From contig NC_068985.1 of the NCBI RefSeq assembly GCF_001194135.2, positions 109,138,313-109,174,267 of the forward strand: a stretch of DNA of 35,955 bases, in the 5' to 3' direction. This document shows positions 22,374 through 35,647 of this stretch, piece by piece; position 1 is the first letter of the stretch; every line of letters begins with the position of its first letter. The position numbers were made by a program, and so were the translations under genes. The stretch comes from Octopus bimaculoides. Lineage: Eukaryota. The notes below the pieces were generated by a model that saw only the letters and a program-made list of their open reading frames with translations, did not search any database and was not told where the DNA came from.

Positions 22374-25300
22374 GAAAGGGAGACAGAGAGACAGAGAGAG
22401 AAAGAGAGAGAAAGACCGAGAAAGTGACCGAAAGACAGACAGACAGAGACAGATAGGCAGATTCAACAAGTGAGATCCAGAGATGCTCGATATAGTAAAT
22501 ACGTGGTAGAGCTCAAATGATTTGAACCCCGAAGTTTCTATCGATAACTAAGCTTGAGGTGTAAAAACTAAACACTCCTAGGCTTGACTTATAAAACATA
22601 CATGTATATGCAAATTTATATAGGCGTATATATATATAATGAAAGAAACTAAACCTGAAACTATTCAGAAGATGAACGTTCGTGTATAAGCTTAGAGATA
22701 CTTATAAAACTAATTTACGCTGTGTACAAAAAATACAGAAAATTAAGACGTGGGGGCATATTTCAGGTCCATCAACTGTGGAGCTCGTAATTACTAAATA
22801 GTTTTAATGTTGGTAGATGGTGTGTGAAATTCAAGGAATGAAAATAGGTTGGTGCCATAAGTGGATGTGCTAGGAAAGGAGGAATGTTCGAAGCCAATAC
22901 ATAGAGAGAGGCATAAATATATATTTATATATATAGAATGGGAGGTATAGGTGGAAGGGCTATTTAGCTTTCAGGGTTAAGCTGTAATTTAAGGTTGGAT
23001 CGTAATTAGGGGAATTCTATAGACCTTACGTAATGGGCAAACGAATAATAATAATTGTACTCACATGAAAGGATTTCTCCACGTATTTCTCCTGAATATC
23101 TACTGAATACTGAGAGGTTTTGATGGCAGAAGATTGCGAGGGATTCCCTGAAACACAATTTACATATTCTCAGGTTAGTTTTGTACGGGCGAGCCTCGCA
23201 GATAATGGGTCAGGATACAATATAGGGAATATTCTGGGACCTGATGTTGTGCGTGTGTATGTGTGTGTGAGTGTGTAGTATACGGTTGCTTTGTTAACAG
23301 ATTTCGTAAAGTACCCGATATATTAGAGATTATTAATGATACCTAAAAGTTTCTCTTTGATTTTGCTCTAAATCCATATCAAATTCATAATAGCTGCATT
23401 TGCCGTTCTTCATATACTTAGGTCTATACATATTTACTACACTTTGGTCAACTAAGATTCAAACACATTTATTTTATGTCAGAATATAATTTTTTTCTTT
23501 GCATATGGCAAGCATGAACTTTATCTGCCCATTGCGGTTTATATCTTCCTCACTCGGTGCTGCTTCTCTGCGAAATACACTTTCTGTAAAATGACTGCCG
23601 CTCGACAGAAGAAAGCTGGTATTATACCTTTATGATGTACTTTAATTAGTCACCTTCTAAAATGAATTGTATGAATTGATCAAGATATCTTCCATGTGAT
23701 TGCTTGTCTGACCATAAGTACTTAACTTCCTGTTAAAGTTCCAGTTAAAGTTCACACATCCTAGCGTCGTATAAAAGACGTATTGTTGTCCTAGATAAAC
23801 GAAGTCAGAAAAGTACAGGATGTTTGAAAGCCTTTTGATCCCTGGTCTGCTCAGTCAGCTAAAACCAAAAAACATCAGCAGTAGCTACAATAAGAACAAG
23901 AACAAAAACAAGAGTAAGTATAACATATATTATAATATATAATAATCATCATACTGCAGATATAGAAATATCTGCACTGTGAAAGTTTTCCAACTTGACA
24001 TATTATTCACAAAGGTTCTACCCACCCCAGCATATTTTAAACAAGACTATATAAAATGTTATAATATCAATATTCCTATAGCAACAGAATGTCGCAACTC
24101 TCTATTATGTTATATAATTGCAATTATATACGAGTTTATAGAGAATTTTAATAGTCTTTAAATCGGTATCAAAAATTTCCTACAAATTCAGCTGAATCTT
24201 ATTCGGATAATTGTATTCCAGCTTATTGTCTGAATAAATAATTCCCATCTAAAAGATATCAAAACTATTTTAACGCACAATGATTTTTTTTTTTACTTTT
24301 AAATATTCGAACAATAGAAAAAATTTTAGAATATGAAATATTTCAATGAGCAAGAAATTCCCTATGGATAATATTTTCTAATTCAAGTAACACAATTTTT
24401 ATAGTGAATTTAGAAGTTTCTAGATTAGTGTCTAAATTTTCCGAGACATTAAGTCAAACCTGATTTAGAATATCATTGTGATAAAATGTGATTTTTAAAT
24501 ACCGTAGAGATATAATCACGAACTTATTGCATCGGAAGAAGTGAATAAATTTGTTTAATTGAAAAACAAAGACTCTAGTTAAGGGATAAAAATGGTTCCG
24601 TAGTTTCGCAATAGCATTAAATAGAGAAAAATAATTAAATTTTTGCCTAACCTAATGTTCTAGTTTTTAAATTCAGAGTGCTATGCGTGTATATACGTAA
24701 ATGACAAGCGCATAGTGTAATGAGTAGTGCCTCCGGTACATATATGATCATCTCAATATTAGAATCAAAACTACTAACGTATCTGCTGGTGAATTCAGAG
24801 TACTTGATCAAGTATTTCGATATAGATGGATAGAGGAATCTGTCATCAGATTGGTATTTATACACTTGAAACAATTAATGACACAGCTACTATATGGCTA
24901 CTGTTACATTTCAGCTGCCTCCCTGATGTTGCTTATGTCCCTCAGTAGAATTTGGTTTGTAATTATAGTTTTCTGGCAGGATTGCTTAATCTGCAGATGG
25001 GTTTATTTAGGCATATGACAATTGAAAGTTATTAGACAAACATTCTATGCTATTATCAATTTTACTGTACCTGGCAAGTATAAAATAACACGCGTTATTA
25101 TATTCAGCACAACATAATATGCCTCCAGAGTCATTTTCCCCCTATATTTAATGAAACGATTTTGTTTAGTTATGGCTATCGTATCACAATCTTCATTATC
25201 CTCATCATCTTCGTTATTAGCATCTTTAACAATATTATTTCCATTGATGTAGTATGCATGTGAAGTTTGGTGGGTGCTCGGGCGTTTGTGCGCATTGATG

Positions 25301-25444
25301 TCTCTGTGTGTGTGTGCGTGTGTTTGTGTGCGTATGTGTGTCTTTCTATCTATTTATGTCTGTGCGTATGTATGCTTGCTTGCATGCAACTATCAGAACG
25401 TATATATTTTAATAAATCTAATGAGTCTACTAGCAAATTAAACC

Positions 25445-25692
25445 TGAGCTACATACGTTTCTATGGCGTATAGGCGACGGAGAGTACAATGTTGCTGCTT
25501 GCAACACCTGAATCATACGCCAGTTCATTGCAGCTATTGTTTCTGCAGGAGTTTCATTTCAATTGAGTGCTCTGCAATAATGTGAAATAGAGTGCTTCAT
25601 TGAAAGACACAACGCATCGTTCGACCTCGGTCTCGAAGTAACGATTGTACCACTGTGAGTCCCGCACTCTAACCACTCTTTACGCGCCTTCA
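25445..25692 (-). mobile_element. tRNA-derived SINE, family C (V/Meta-like tail), degenerate
   Basis: Reverse complement tgtgaaggcgcgtaaagagtggttagagtgcgggactcac...tacgccatagaaac; related to 30499-30685. Confidence 0.65.
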
Positions 25693-27082
25693 CATATGTA
25701 AATATCTGTATATCTGGGTGCTTCTGTATGTTTTTGTGTGTATGTATATATGATACCTGTTTGTGCATATTTGTATGTATGTATATGTAAATATATATGT
25801 GTATGTATATATATTCATACACATATATATGTAAATATGCATATATATATATATATATATATATANNNNNNNNNNNNNNNNNNNNNNNNNNNNNNNNNNN
25901 NNNNNNNNNNNNNNNNNNNNNNNNNNNNNNNNNNNNNNNNNNNNNNNNNNNNNNNNNNNNNNNNNNNNNNNNNNNNNNNNNNNNNNNNNNNNNNNNNNNN
26001 NNNNNNNNNNNNNNNNNNNNNNNNNNNNNNNNNNNNNNNNNNNNNNNNNNNNNNNNNNNNNNNNNNNNNNNNNNNNNNNNNNNNNNNNNNNNNNNNNNNN
26101 NNNNNNNNNNNNNNNNNNNNNNNNNNNNNNNNNNNNNNNNNNNNNNNNNNNNNNNNNNNNNNNNNNNNNNNNNNNNNNNNNNNNNNNNNNNNNNNNNNNN
26201 NNNNNNNNNNNNNNNNNNNNNNNNNNNNNNNNNNNNNNNNNNNNNNNNNNNNNNNNNNNNNNNNNNNNNNNNNNNNNNNNNNNNNNNNNNNNNNNNNNNN
26301 NNNNNNNNNNNNNNNNNNNNNNNNNNNNNNNNNNNNNNNNNNNNNNNNNNNNNNNNNNNNNNNNNNNNNNNNNNNNNNNNNNNNNNNNNNNNNNNNNNNN
26401 NNNNNNNNNNNNNNNNNNNNNNNNNNNNNNNNNNNNNNNNNNNNNNNNNNNNNNNNNNNNNNNNNNNNNNNTATATATGCATGTATGCAAAACAATCTGC
26501 AACACGTTTTTGTGTGACACCAAATATTTTCTGTCTTGCGTTAAAGAAATGAAGATGTGGCGGGATCGCTAAAAGGGTTGAATCGCATACATGCGGCCCC
26601 TGGTTTCATTCCTGTGCCACCACTGACATGTGGGTTCTATTTGGAATTTGGCTTGAAGAATGTCTTGTATGAAGAATTCAAATTTGGCGAATGGAAAAGT
26701 GCGTGCAACATCTGCTTGTGTGTGTGTATGTTATCGTAAAATTAAATAAATGAAAAGGAACAAAAAAAAAAACATGATGAAATAAATTTCATTAGTTTAC
26801 TGCTGTTTCTGCTGTAAAATTCACTGCATCCAAAACCTGAATGTTGAGCATCACTTTATACCTTCTTCGGAACTTTTAAAATGAAGTGCAAGTTTATTTC
26901 GGAAAGCATTTTACATATATATACGTAGACTTTCACCGTCAAAATATATAAAAACACATAAGACATTGTGCATAGAAATTAAAGGATAAAAGTGTCTCCC
27001 AGAGATACACGGATTTATATAATCTTACTACTATTCTCTTTCTCAGCTGTCTCTATTTGTCTGTCTGTCTGTCTGTCTGTCG

Positions 27083-27118
<36 letters not shown>

Positions 27119-27753
27119 TTCTATCTATCTATCTTTCTATCTATCTATCTCTGTCTCTGTATGTCTGTCTGCCTCTCCGTCTCTCTCTGAGATTGTTGAG
27201 ATCGGTGATGTTTTAGAGAACAAAGAAACAGTATTAAGGGATGAGAAACTTAATATAAATTTCTACAATATTTCTTTTTTGTTACTGTTGATATTTTCAT
27301 TTTCTTTTTCTTCTTTGTTTGGTTTGAAAATATAAAGGTTATTCATATAAAACTGGAAGAAAAAACATAGCGGTATAAAAAAGAACAACAATCAGCAAAT
27401 ATAAACAAAAATACGTTTGATATACTTTAAAAATAGAACGCAGACAAAACCTGTTGAGATGTCTGTCACCATTTCATCATAATAAGACAGATGTTCAGTG
27501 TATGACTATTATTATGTAAAAGAAAAAGTATAAAGGAGAAGCAAATATATATCGTTATGAAAAAAGAGAGAGAGAGAGAAAATAAATGTAACGTTTACAG
27601 AGAAAGAAAATATTTTCTATAAAATATGTTATATCCTCGAATGCTACCAAACATTTTATTAAATCACATTTGGGGATATTGGAAAAAAAAATTATGTCTA
27701 CTTTGGCTTCTTTCAATTTTAGATTTCATTTTATTTATAAACACTGTATATTT

Positions 27754-27853
27754 CATTGTGTGGCATCTTGGGCAGGTGTCTTTTACTATAGCCTCGGGCC
27801 AACCAAAGCCTTCTGAGTGGATTTGGTAGACGGAACTTGAAAGAAGACCGTCG
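27754..27853 (+). mobile_element. Family A SINE, 5'-truncated
   Basis: gtgtggcatcttgggcaggtgtcttttactatagcctcgggcc...gaaagaagaccgtcg then (TA)n. Confidence 0.85.
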
Positions 27854-28549
27854 TATATATATAGCAAATGAAAGACAGAAGATAAGATGGAATATACGAG
27901 AATATATTATTAATCACGGCAATTGTTTCGACACAGCTAGCATCGTTTCCTCTTGGGTAGGACACTCAACAACTGGTTCAAGACTGTTCCGCAATGTAAC
28001 TTTCCATTTTGTAGAGAGAAATGCAGCCAGATGGAGGAAATATCTTCATTATATAGAAGATCAAAAATAAAATGACAGATGGCAAAAAGGGAAACGAATA
28101 AGCAATCCAGCGAGAAAAGTATTAAAAAATAACCGTTAACAGATATAAATGTAAAATCGCCCTCGGGCAAGCTACATGGCAAGAGTATTCTCACTCATAC
28201 AAGCAACCGCAAAAATGTGGGCATACGCACACGTGAGGTTTGGTGCACCCATGATCACAAAGCGAGTTAGTTATCTACTTGGTGTTTATAAAAATGGGGA
28301 GGTTAAAAGAAAACTTAAGTCATTCATAACTTAAAGTAAATTAAGTTAAGTTAATGGTTACTCAAAATTCATTCTCGCTGCATTGTGCGAAAGTACATTT
28401 ATATGCGTGTATGCGTTCAGAAATTCTATTAATTATCTTCTCGTTAATCCACAGAATAAACAGGTATTCCTCAGAGCAGAGACGGCATCTCCTGGAAATT
28501 ATATTGTATGGCAGATGGCAGATGGCAGATTCATTACCTCACAGGGGAA

Positions 28550-28725
28550 AATGCTGAGCGGAATTTCTTGTGACTTCTCATTCTGAGCTCAAATGCCGTC
28601 AAGGTCAACATTGCTTTTTATCGTTTCAGGTTCGGTAAAATATGTACCATTCGAACAGTGAAGTCGATGATATTGATTGAACCCTGCCCCTAAAATTAAT
28701 GATCTGGTGCCAACATTTTTACTTA
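28550..28725 (+). mobile_element. Degenerate Nin-domain-like SINE
   Basis: ttctgagctcaaatgccgtcaaggtcaacattgc...taaaatatgtacca resembles 5780-5930; a further degenerate piece lies near 28860-28950. Confidence 0.5.
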
Positions 28726-29057
28726 ATTATTATTGCTCAGTCAATGAAGTAGCTTTCATATCATATTTTTCAGGTAAAATGACAAATTCTATTTGATTAA
28801 GTACTTTAAGTTGCCATCGGAAATCCCACTAAGATCGGCTTTAATTATCATCTTCCATTCCTCATTCATGGGTCCATAAAATAAAGTACTAGTGAAGTAC
28901 GGGTTTGAGTTGAGTAAATCGAGTGTCTCCTCGTCCCAGCTTTCTGGCATTTTAACTATGTAAATTGCATGTTAGATGACCTGAATGTCAAGTCTTTAAA
29001 GAGAATAGATAAATGGATGTGTGTATCTAGCGATTTATGTATCTATATCTCAAACTC

Positions 29058-29062
<5 letters not shown>

Positions 29063-29147
<85 letters not shown>
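29063..29147. repeat. (CT)n microsatellite
   Basis: Directly visible. Confidence 0.98.
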
Positions 29148-29149
<2 letters not shown>

Positions 29150-30374
29150 TATCTCTCTCCTTCACTATTTATCTATCTATCAAATAATACATGTATATAT
29201 GTACATAACATACAAATATGCATATATATATATTTATATATATATATATAAACATAGAGAGATAGATAAAGAGTGCGAAAATCTAAGAGATAAATACATA
29301 ATTAGAGATATAAATATTAGATGTGTATATATGTATGAACGTATGTATGCATGTATATTTTTAAGTGTCTCCCATTTTTATAATTCTTTGAATATTTCAG
29401 ATAAAATTTGGGCCGGTTTCCAAAATCAGAAACAAATATTCTTAATTGGAATTTAAATAACAACAAAAACGTTTAGAGCTATCACTTGATATATTTTTTT
29501 ATAAAAAATAATCATAGCTTTATTTATTTTTTGGCAGACATTGCTTAAATATTTAACAGTGTAAGTAAATGCTTCAATGATTTTAGATACAAATGTAAAT
29601 TTATAATTTGTGTTTCGAAACACCCACACATAGACACATACGCACACGCACGCGCACATATATTTATATTTATACATATATGTATACACTATGTTATGTA
29701 TATGTATGGGAGACATAAAAAATGTAAGTGCATTATGAATGATTTATTTAGCTTACACTTGTTTCGAAACATTTGCACATTGCAGTACGCATATTTAACT
29801 GGTTGTAAAGTTATTTGCATCAAAGCTAAAATGCTTTTGCCAAATTTTCTATACACTAAGATATTGTGTAAGGCGAGTGACACGTTATATATACTAGAAT
29901 ATGGTCTCAAATTTATTGTTTATTGTCCGTTTCATAGGCAATTAGTTATTTATATGAGACACTCTTATTTTAATAGTCAACTAGTGTTTATATGTATCTT
30001 GTCAAACAAAATTCTATCTTAATCTTTGAGGTCGTTATGTGCAACTTAATTAATACTAGAAGATAGAATAAACCTTACAAGAAACAGAACAGAAAATTAT
30101 TATCTATATTAAAACGATATTCAAAATTATATGCTTTTGGCCGTCGGAAGAATTTATGTTAAGTAAATTGATATTACATATAATAGGCCATATGCTCACA
30201 CTCACACGCTTACAATGTATAAATGCCAGTATATATACCTAACAACGCGAACACACATGTGTATACACACATGATCATAAGTAGACATACTCACGCACCC
30301 TCCTACATATTGACAATTGCCAACGCATGAAACTCTGATAACTTGAGTCACTCTGTTACTTCTGCTAACTATTA

Positions 30375-30443
<69 letters not shown>

Positions 30444-30498
30444 TGTGTGTGTGTGTGTATGTGCGTGTGTGTGTGTATCTGTGTGTGTGTATGCAATC

Positions 30499-30685
30499 AT
30501 GTGAAGGCGCTTGGCGCAGTGGTTGAGGTGTTGGACTCATCATCGAAAATAGAGGGGGTGATGCGTTTTAGCCTTGAGCAAAACACTTTATTTCCCGTTG
30601 CTCCAGTTCACTTAGGTTATAGTGATGAGTAATCCCGTCCAGGGAGGAATATATAGGCAAGAGAAACCGGAAAACTGGCCTTTTG
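30499..30685 (+). mobile_element. Family C SINE, degenerate
   Basis: tgtgaaggcgcttggcgcagtggttgaggtgttggactca...ccttgagcaaaacactttatttc...cccgtccag...agaaaccggaaaactggcc. Confidence 0.7.
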
Positions 30686-32064
30686 ATTTTTACAGACTAA
30701 AGTGGACAAGCTATGTATGTATTATGTGATTGTTACTGCTAATTTAATCTAAGTCAAGCTTTTGGCTAACAAAATCGAATGGTAAGAAAAACCACCGCCC
30801 TTAACGAAAAGATCATTTCTTCTTCAAGATTATGGCTGTCCCCACACTGTATAAGTATTCAATGTTGTCTCAGAGGATCTTGGCTGGAGAAAAATTGCTC
30901 TAAGTAACATAATTTAAATACTCTGAACAATGTATTCAGTTTTGACCTATAAATATATACGACTGTGGAACCTACGATAGAGTCTCTGCGTTCTTGCTTG
31001 AGCAGCTTAAAGCCCCTTCAAATTTGAACCCAACTTTCATAGAAAATAGGCGATACATTGAATAATAATACGTTATTTGAAAATATGATGCGTTGGTCAT
31101 GGCTGGAAATTCTCTGAGGTCAAACAACAACAGAACAAAAACAAAATATAAAGCCGTTGTCTAAAGAAATCCAGTGTATTTCACAGTGAAATATATTTTA
31201 ACATCATTTGCTTCACACGAACTAATACATATCTGATGAGAGTGAACTAAAAAAAAATAATCGAATCATAACAAAGAACAAAAAATAAATCAAAATAGAA
31301 AATAAACGAAATCTAAATAATGTTTTCAAAGTCTTCTTTGCTTTAGAATATTTTTTCTTGAATAAAGAACCATTAAAATATCATAATTATTTAATTTTCC
31401 TGCGCTTCTTTAGTTTTACTTTCACTTTCATTAATTTTTTTTATTTTCCTTTTCAATATGTTAGTTCACTGGTTTAGGTTTGGGTTTAATTTTTCAGTGT
31501 TTTCTTCATATGTATTTTTTTCTCTTTGCTATTTTTTGAACGCCAGGCATTGTTATTGATGTTGTTGTTATTTCTGTTTTGCACTCCGCTTGTATTATTT
31601 GTCGTTCCGAAACTAGAGGCTTCTACTGTGTCATTCCCCCACCCGCTGCTACCGTTAGTTCATTATTTGTTATTTCTGATGGGGCTTTTTCTTGTTTCTT
31701 TGTGTTTGTTTTATATTTATAGATTTTTTNNNNNNNNNNNNNNNNNNNNNNNNNNNNNNNNNNNNNNNNNNNNNNNNNNNNNNNNNNNNNNNNNNNNNNN
31801 NNNNNNNNNNNNNNNNNNNNNNNNNNNNNNNNNNNNNNNNNNNNNNNNNNNNNNNNNNNNNNNNNNNNNNNNNNNNNNNNNNNNNNNNNNNNNNNNNNNN
31901 NNNNNNNNNNNNNNNNNNNNNNNNNNATATATATAAGCACAAACACCCACATCTATGTGTATATATGTGTACATATAAAAAAGATTATATTTTTTCCTAA
32001 TTGTTTCTTACGGTGAATTGTTATTTTACTTGTGTAATTTCGGTTTATTGTCATAATAATAATG

Positions 32065-32128
<64 letters not shown>

Positions 32129-32269
32129 TCATCGTCGCTGTCATCATAAGAATTACAATCAACAATAGTAGGAGAACTGAAGCTACAGCAACAAAAGCAG
32201 TTTTAATGGCAGTATCAAAGATGATATCAAATTTTGACACAAGGCCAACAATTATAGGGATAGAGGTAG

Positions 32270-32415
32270 GTTTATGAAATTGACGCTAATTCTCAACTGG
32301 TACTTATATTATTGTTTCCGAAAGGATGAAAAGCAAAGTGGGCCTCAGCAGCATTTGAACTCATTGCCTGAAGCCGAAACGAATGTCACTATGCATTTTC
32401 TCCGGCGAGTAAACA
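32270..32415 (-). mobile_element. Degenerate Nin-domain-like SINE
   Basis: ctcaactggtacttat...gaaaggatgaaaagcaaagt...gcatttgaactc is the reverse complement of the 5780-5870 core. Confidence 0.6.
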
Positions 32416-32759
32416 CCTTATTGTAACATAGATCATTACATATATACGTTCATTATGTCTATCATTAAAGCACTAAAAAGACTTCATTCAACATTGCTCC
32501 TGATAAAGCTGTAGACGTAGTAGTATACCCCAGCGTGATGTAAAGTCCGCAACGGTAGGTTTTGGATGTTAATTATATATAAATAATGAAAGTCAAATAT
32601 CAATTTAATCGATCAATGATATCGCTGTCCTACTGTTAATTGGTAATGATGATAACGATTTTGAAATTGGAGCAATGTCACACAAAGGTTGTATTAATCA
32701 GAAGTAATATTTACATTATTTACATTTGACGGATATTTGTCCTCATCTTGTTTGTTGTT

Positions 32760-32805
32760 AACGCAACGTTTCGGCTTATATACTTTCCAACCTTCATCAG
32801 GTGTC
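32760..32805 (-). ncRNA. Type I hammerhead ribozyme-like motif (Penelope minimal form)
   Basis: GACAC CUGAUGA A GGUU-loop-AGCC GAAA C GU U GCGUU: both core boxes, stem II, palindromic ACGU stem III and GUU site; one mismatch in stem I. Confidence 0.6.
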
Positions 32806-32937
32806 TTGGGGAAATTTCAAACCTGGGTTCTCATTCCGAAGATATTTTTCGATGTTATTATTATTATGCCCACGGGCGTACTGGTTAAGAGCGTGGGCTA
32901 CTAACCCCAAGATTCCGAGTTCGGTTCTAGGCAAGGA

Positions 32938-32970
<33 letters not shown>

Positions 32971-32971
32971 G

Positions 32972-33003
<32 letters not shown>

Positions 33004-33061
33004 TAATAACAACATCGAAAAATACCTTAGGAATGAGAACCCAGGTTCGAAATTTCCCCAA

Positions 33062-33107
33062 GACATCTGATGAAGGCTGGAATGTATATAAGCCGAAACA
33101 TTGTGTT
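33062..33107 (+). ncRNA. Hammerhead ribozyme-like motif, second copy (degenerate)
   Basis: GACAU CUGAUGA A GGCU-loop-AGCC GAAA C AU U GUGUU: cores and stem II intact; the ACGU palindrome is changed to ACAU. Confidence 0.5.
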
Positions 33108-34348
33108 AGCAACAAACAAAATGAGGAAAAATATCCGTTAAATGTAAATAATATAAATATTACTCCTGATTAAATACAATCTTTGTGTGACATTGCTCCA
33201 ATTTCATAATCGTTATCACCATTACCAATTAACAGTAGGACAGTGATATCATGGAATCGATAAAAATGATATCTGACTTTCATTATTTATATATAACTAA
33301 CATCCAAACCCTACCGTTGCAGAATTTACTTTACATCACGCTGGAGTATACTAATACGTCTACACCTTCATATCTTTAGATCCCTATTAAAATCATTTTA
33401 ATTTGTAAGCTATCAGCAAGAGTGGGAGGGGATTATTACGGCATCAGTTCAGCGCGACACTAAATACTTTTTACCATATAATTTTATCTCTAAATATATT
33501 TAATGTAAATCAGTGAATTAGCAGGATCCTTTTATACCTTGAAGAGAGGTGAAATAAATACTGTTGAGATATTTGTGATGGCTTTACGTGCCCTGTGTCC
33601 AAATATCACCGAGGTAAATTTACTTTTTTTTTTTGGTAGTCGATAAATAAAATTTCAGTCGATTCTTACATTCGTTTGTCATCCATTCTCTTAGAAATTC
33701 CTATGACTGATAGTTGTCTGTTCTGTAAGACATCCGAAGGAAAGTAAGTAAAGATTACATATGTATTCTCGCCAAAATTTCCATTAGAAATACTGGGTTA
33801 GTATGAAAGATTAGTAAACGACGTTCGTTCAGCTGAAATCCCCAGAGAGAAACGTATTGAGATACACGTCTCTAAGTCTAACTTAATCTTTCACTTGGTG
33901 TCGATACTATGAATATTATTCATGAACTATGGGCGAGAGAGTCTTTTACATAAATATTTTAGTTTTGTTAATGCTAAAGTTGAAAAGAAAATAACGATTA
34001 GAAGTTTTTACATGACTCAATGTTACAAAAAACATTTTCGCGAAGAGAACAGCAATGCTGAGACGTTCATGCCTTTTTTCGAAATCTTTAATAGTCCAAG
34101 TAATATCGATCAGAAAAAAAAAAAGAAACGCCAATAATTTCATTAATTGAGATATGACGTACTTACTCCTAAGCATTTACATATTTTGGGTGAACAAGAA
34201 TAAATTAGAAGAAAATTATGTTCATATTATGCTGACCCTATTTGCTGTTAATTCAAGATATTTCATTTAGGAATCGATCTTTTGTTCTCTAAGCACACCT
34301 GGAACATATTTTTGCTGTATTGCAGTATTCACACACACGTATATATAT

Positions 34349-34398
<50 letters not shown>

Positions 34399-34420
34399 GT
34401 TTATACATGCATATATACAC

Positions 34421-34546
34421 AACGGGCTTCTTTCAGTTTCCGTCCACTTACAAAAGACACTTGCCCAAAGTGCGACACAGTGGGACTGAACACAGAACCG
34501 TGTGTTTGGGAAGTAAGCTTCTTACCAAACAGCCACGCATACGCCT
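34421..34546 (-). mobile_element. Family A SINE with internal deletion
   Basis: acgggcttctttcagtttccgtccacttacaaaagacacttgcccaa...cttaccaaacagccac is the reverse complement of the 35774 copy lacking about 40 nt. Confidence 0.8.
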
Positions 34547-35551
34547 GTGTGTGCGCGCGTGTGTGTGCACATACGTATATGTTATAAATTGAGTATTAGT
34601 AATATATCTTGACGCTTCTGATTTCATAGTGTATTGGGGTAAAGTCTGCATGATGCAACTAATTATATTTTCCATAAGCTGTGAACAGAACTACGGAAGG
34701 TATGCATTCGTAATCTAAAAGAAACCTAAAATTAACTATTTAATACTTGATATGACATATCAGTTTTTATTAACTTACATCTCTATTTCCAAATATTACC
34801 AAATAAAACACGTATTGAAACAGTACACAACACTTTTATGGCAGAATTAAAAGTCAAAGACATCCAAACGACAACTGATATCTTAGGCGCACAATAATTA
34901 TATAATCTAAGTATCCGACATTGTGTTTCAAATTTTTGTGAGTTACTTGATACTTTTAATGTCTGATTTCCGGCATTGATCAGTTCATTACAAAATGTAT
35001 TACCTAATAATCTGCAAAATAGCTAAAGTAAATCTAACTACTCAGTGAAATAATTAATTATTTGATTCCCACCAGCTTGTAACTCGGTTTAGAAACAGCT
35101 CGCTCATAATTCCAGACAATCAGGCAACTTTATCTATTTAACAACTCGTTTATTACAGAACGTGTTAGCTGCTGTTTTAAAAATGCTATAAACTAGCCTT
35201 CACTGAGAGGATGAGATTATTTATCAAATTTTGGTTGAGTCATATCAGTAAAATGGTGTTTACATGTGTCATTATCTTGCCCGATTACTGTCATCTGTCT
35301 ACATGGAGATACGAAAGATATGTTGCTGCAGCTATTTTTAACGCAAAACATCACAGTCGTTTCTATTGTTTCAGCGCAACCTGCAAAGTACACAATCGCT
35401 TCAAAAACATATACGTACGACCAGACATACACATTTATACACGCACAAATGCACACATGCACGCACGCACACTCACATACACATACACACACATGCACAC
35501 ACAATTCTCACTCTCTCTCTCTCTCTCTCTCTCCCTCTTTCACCGTATAAA

Positions 35552-35553
35552 TG

Positions 35554-35645
<92 letters not shown>
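35552..35645. repeat. (AAT)n followed by (TTA)n
   Basis: Directly visible; strand switch at 35611/35612. Confidence 0.95.

Positions 35646-35647
<2 letters not shown>

Larger units (their letters stand above)
32510..33364. mobile_element. Large inverted repeat built from a Penelope-like 3' end, with a central tRNA-like head
   Basis: Arms about 32510-32866 and 33000-33364 are reverse complements (roughly 85-90 percent identical by eye); centre 32874-32942 has A-box-like ggcgtactggttaag and B-box-like gagttcggttct followed by (AAT)n. Confidence 0.8.

Noticed and set aside
26540-26730. GC-richer coding-looking patch (minus frame DVARTFPFAKFEFFIQDILQAKFQIEPTCQWWHRNETRGRMYAIQPF*)
   Set aside because: No convincing acceptor, no recognisable homology and no partner exons; BLASTX would be needed to revive it.
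32797-33070. Mirror-image ORFs both starting MSWGNF
   Set aside because: A consequence of the inverted repeat and stop-free AAT/TTA runs.
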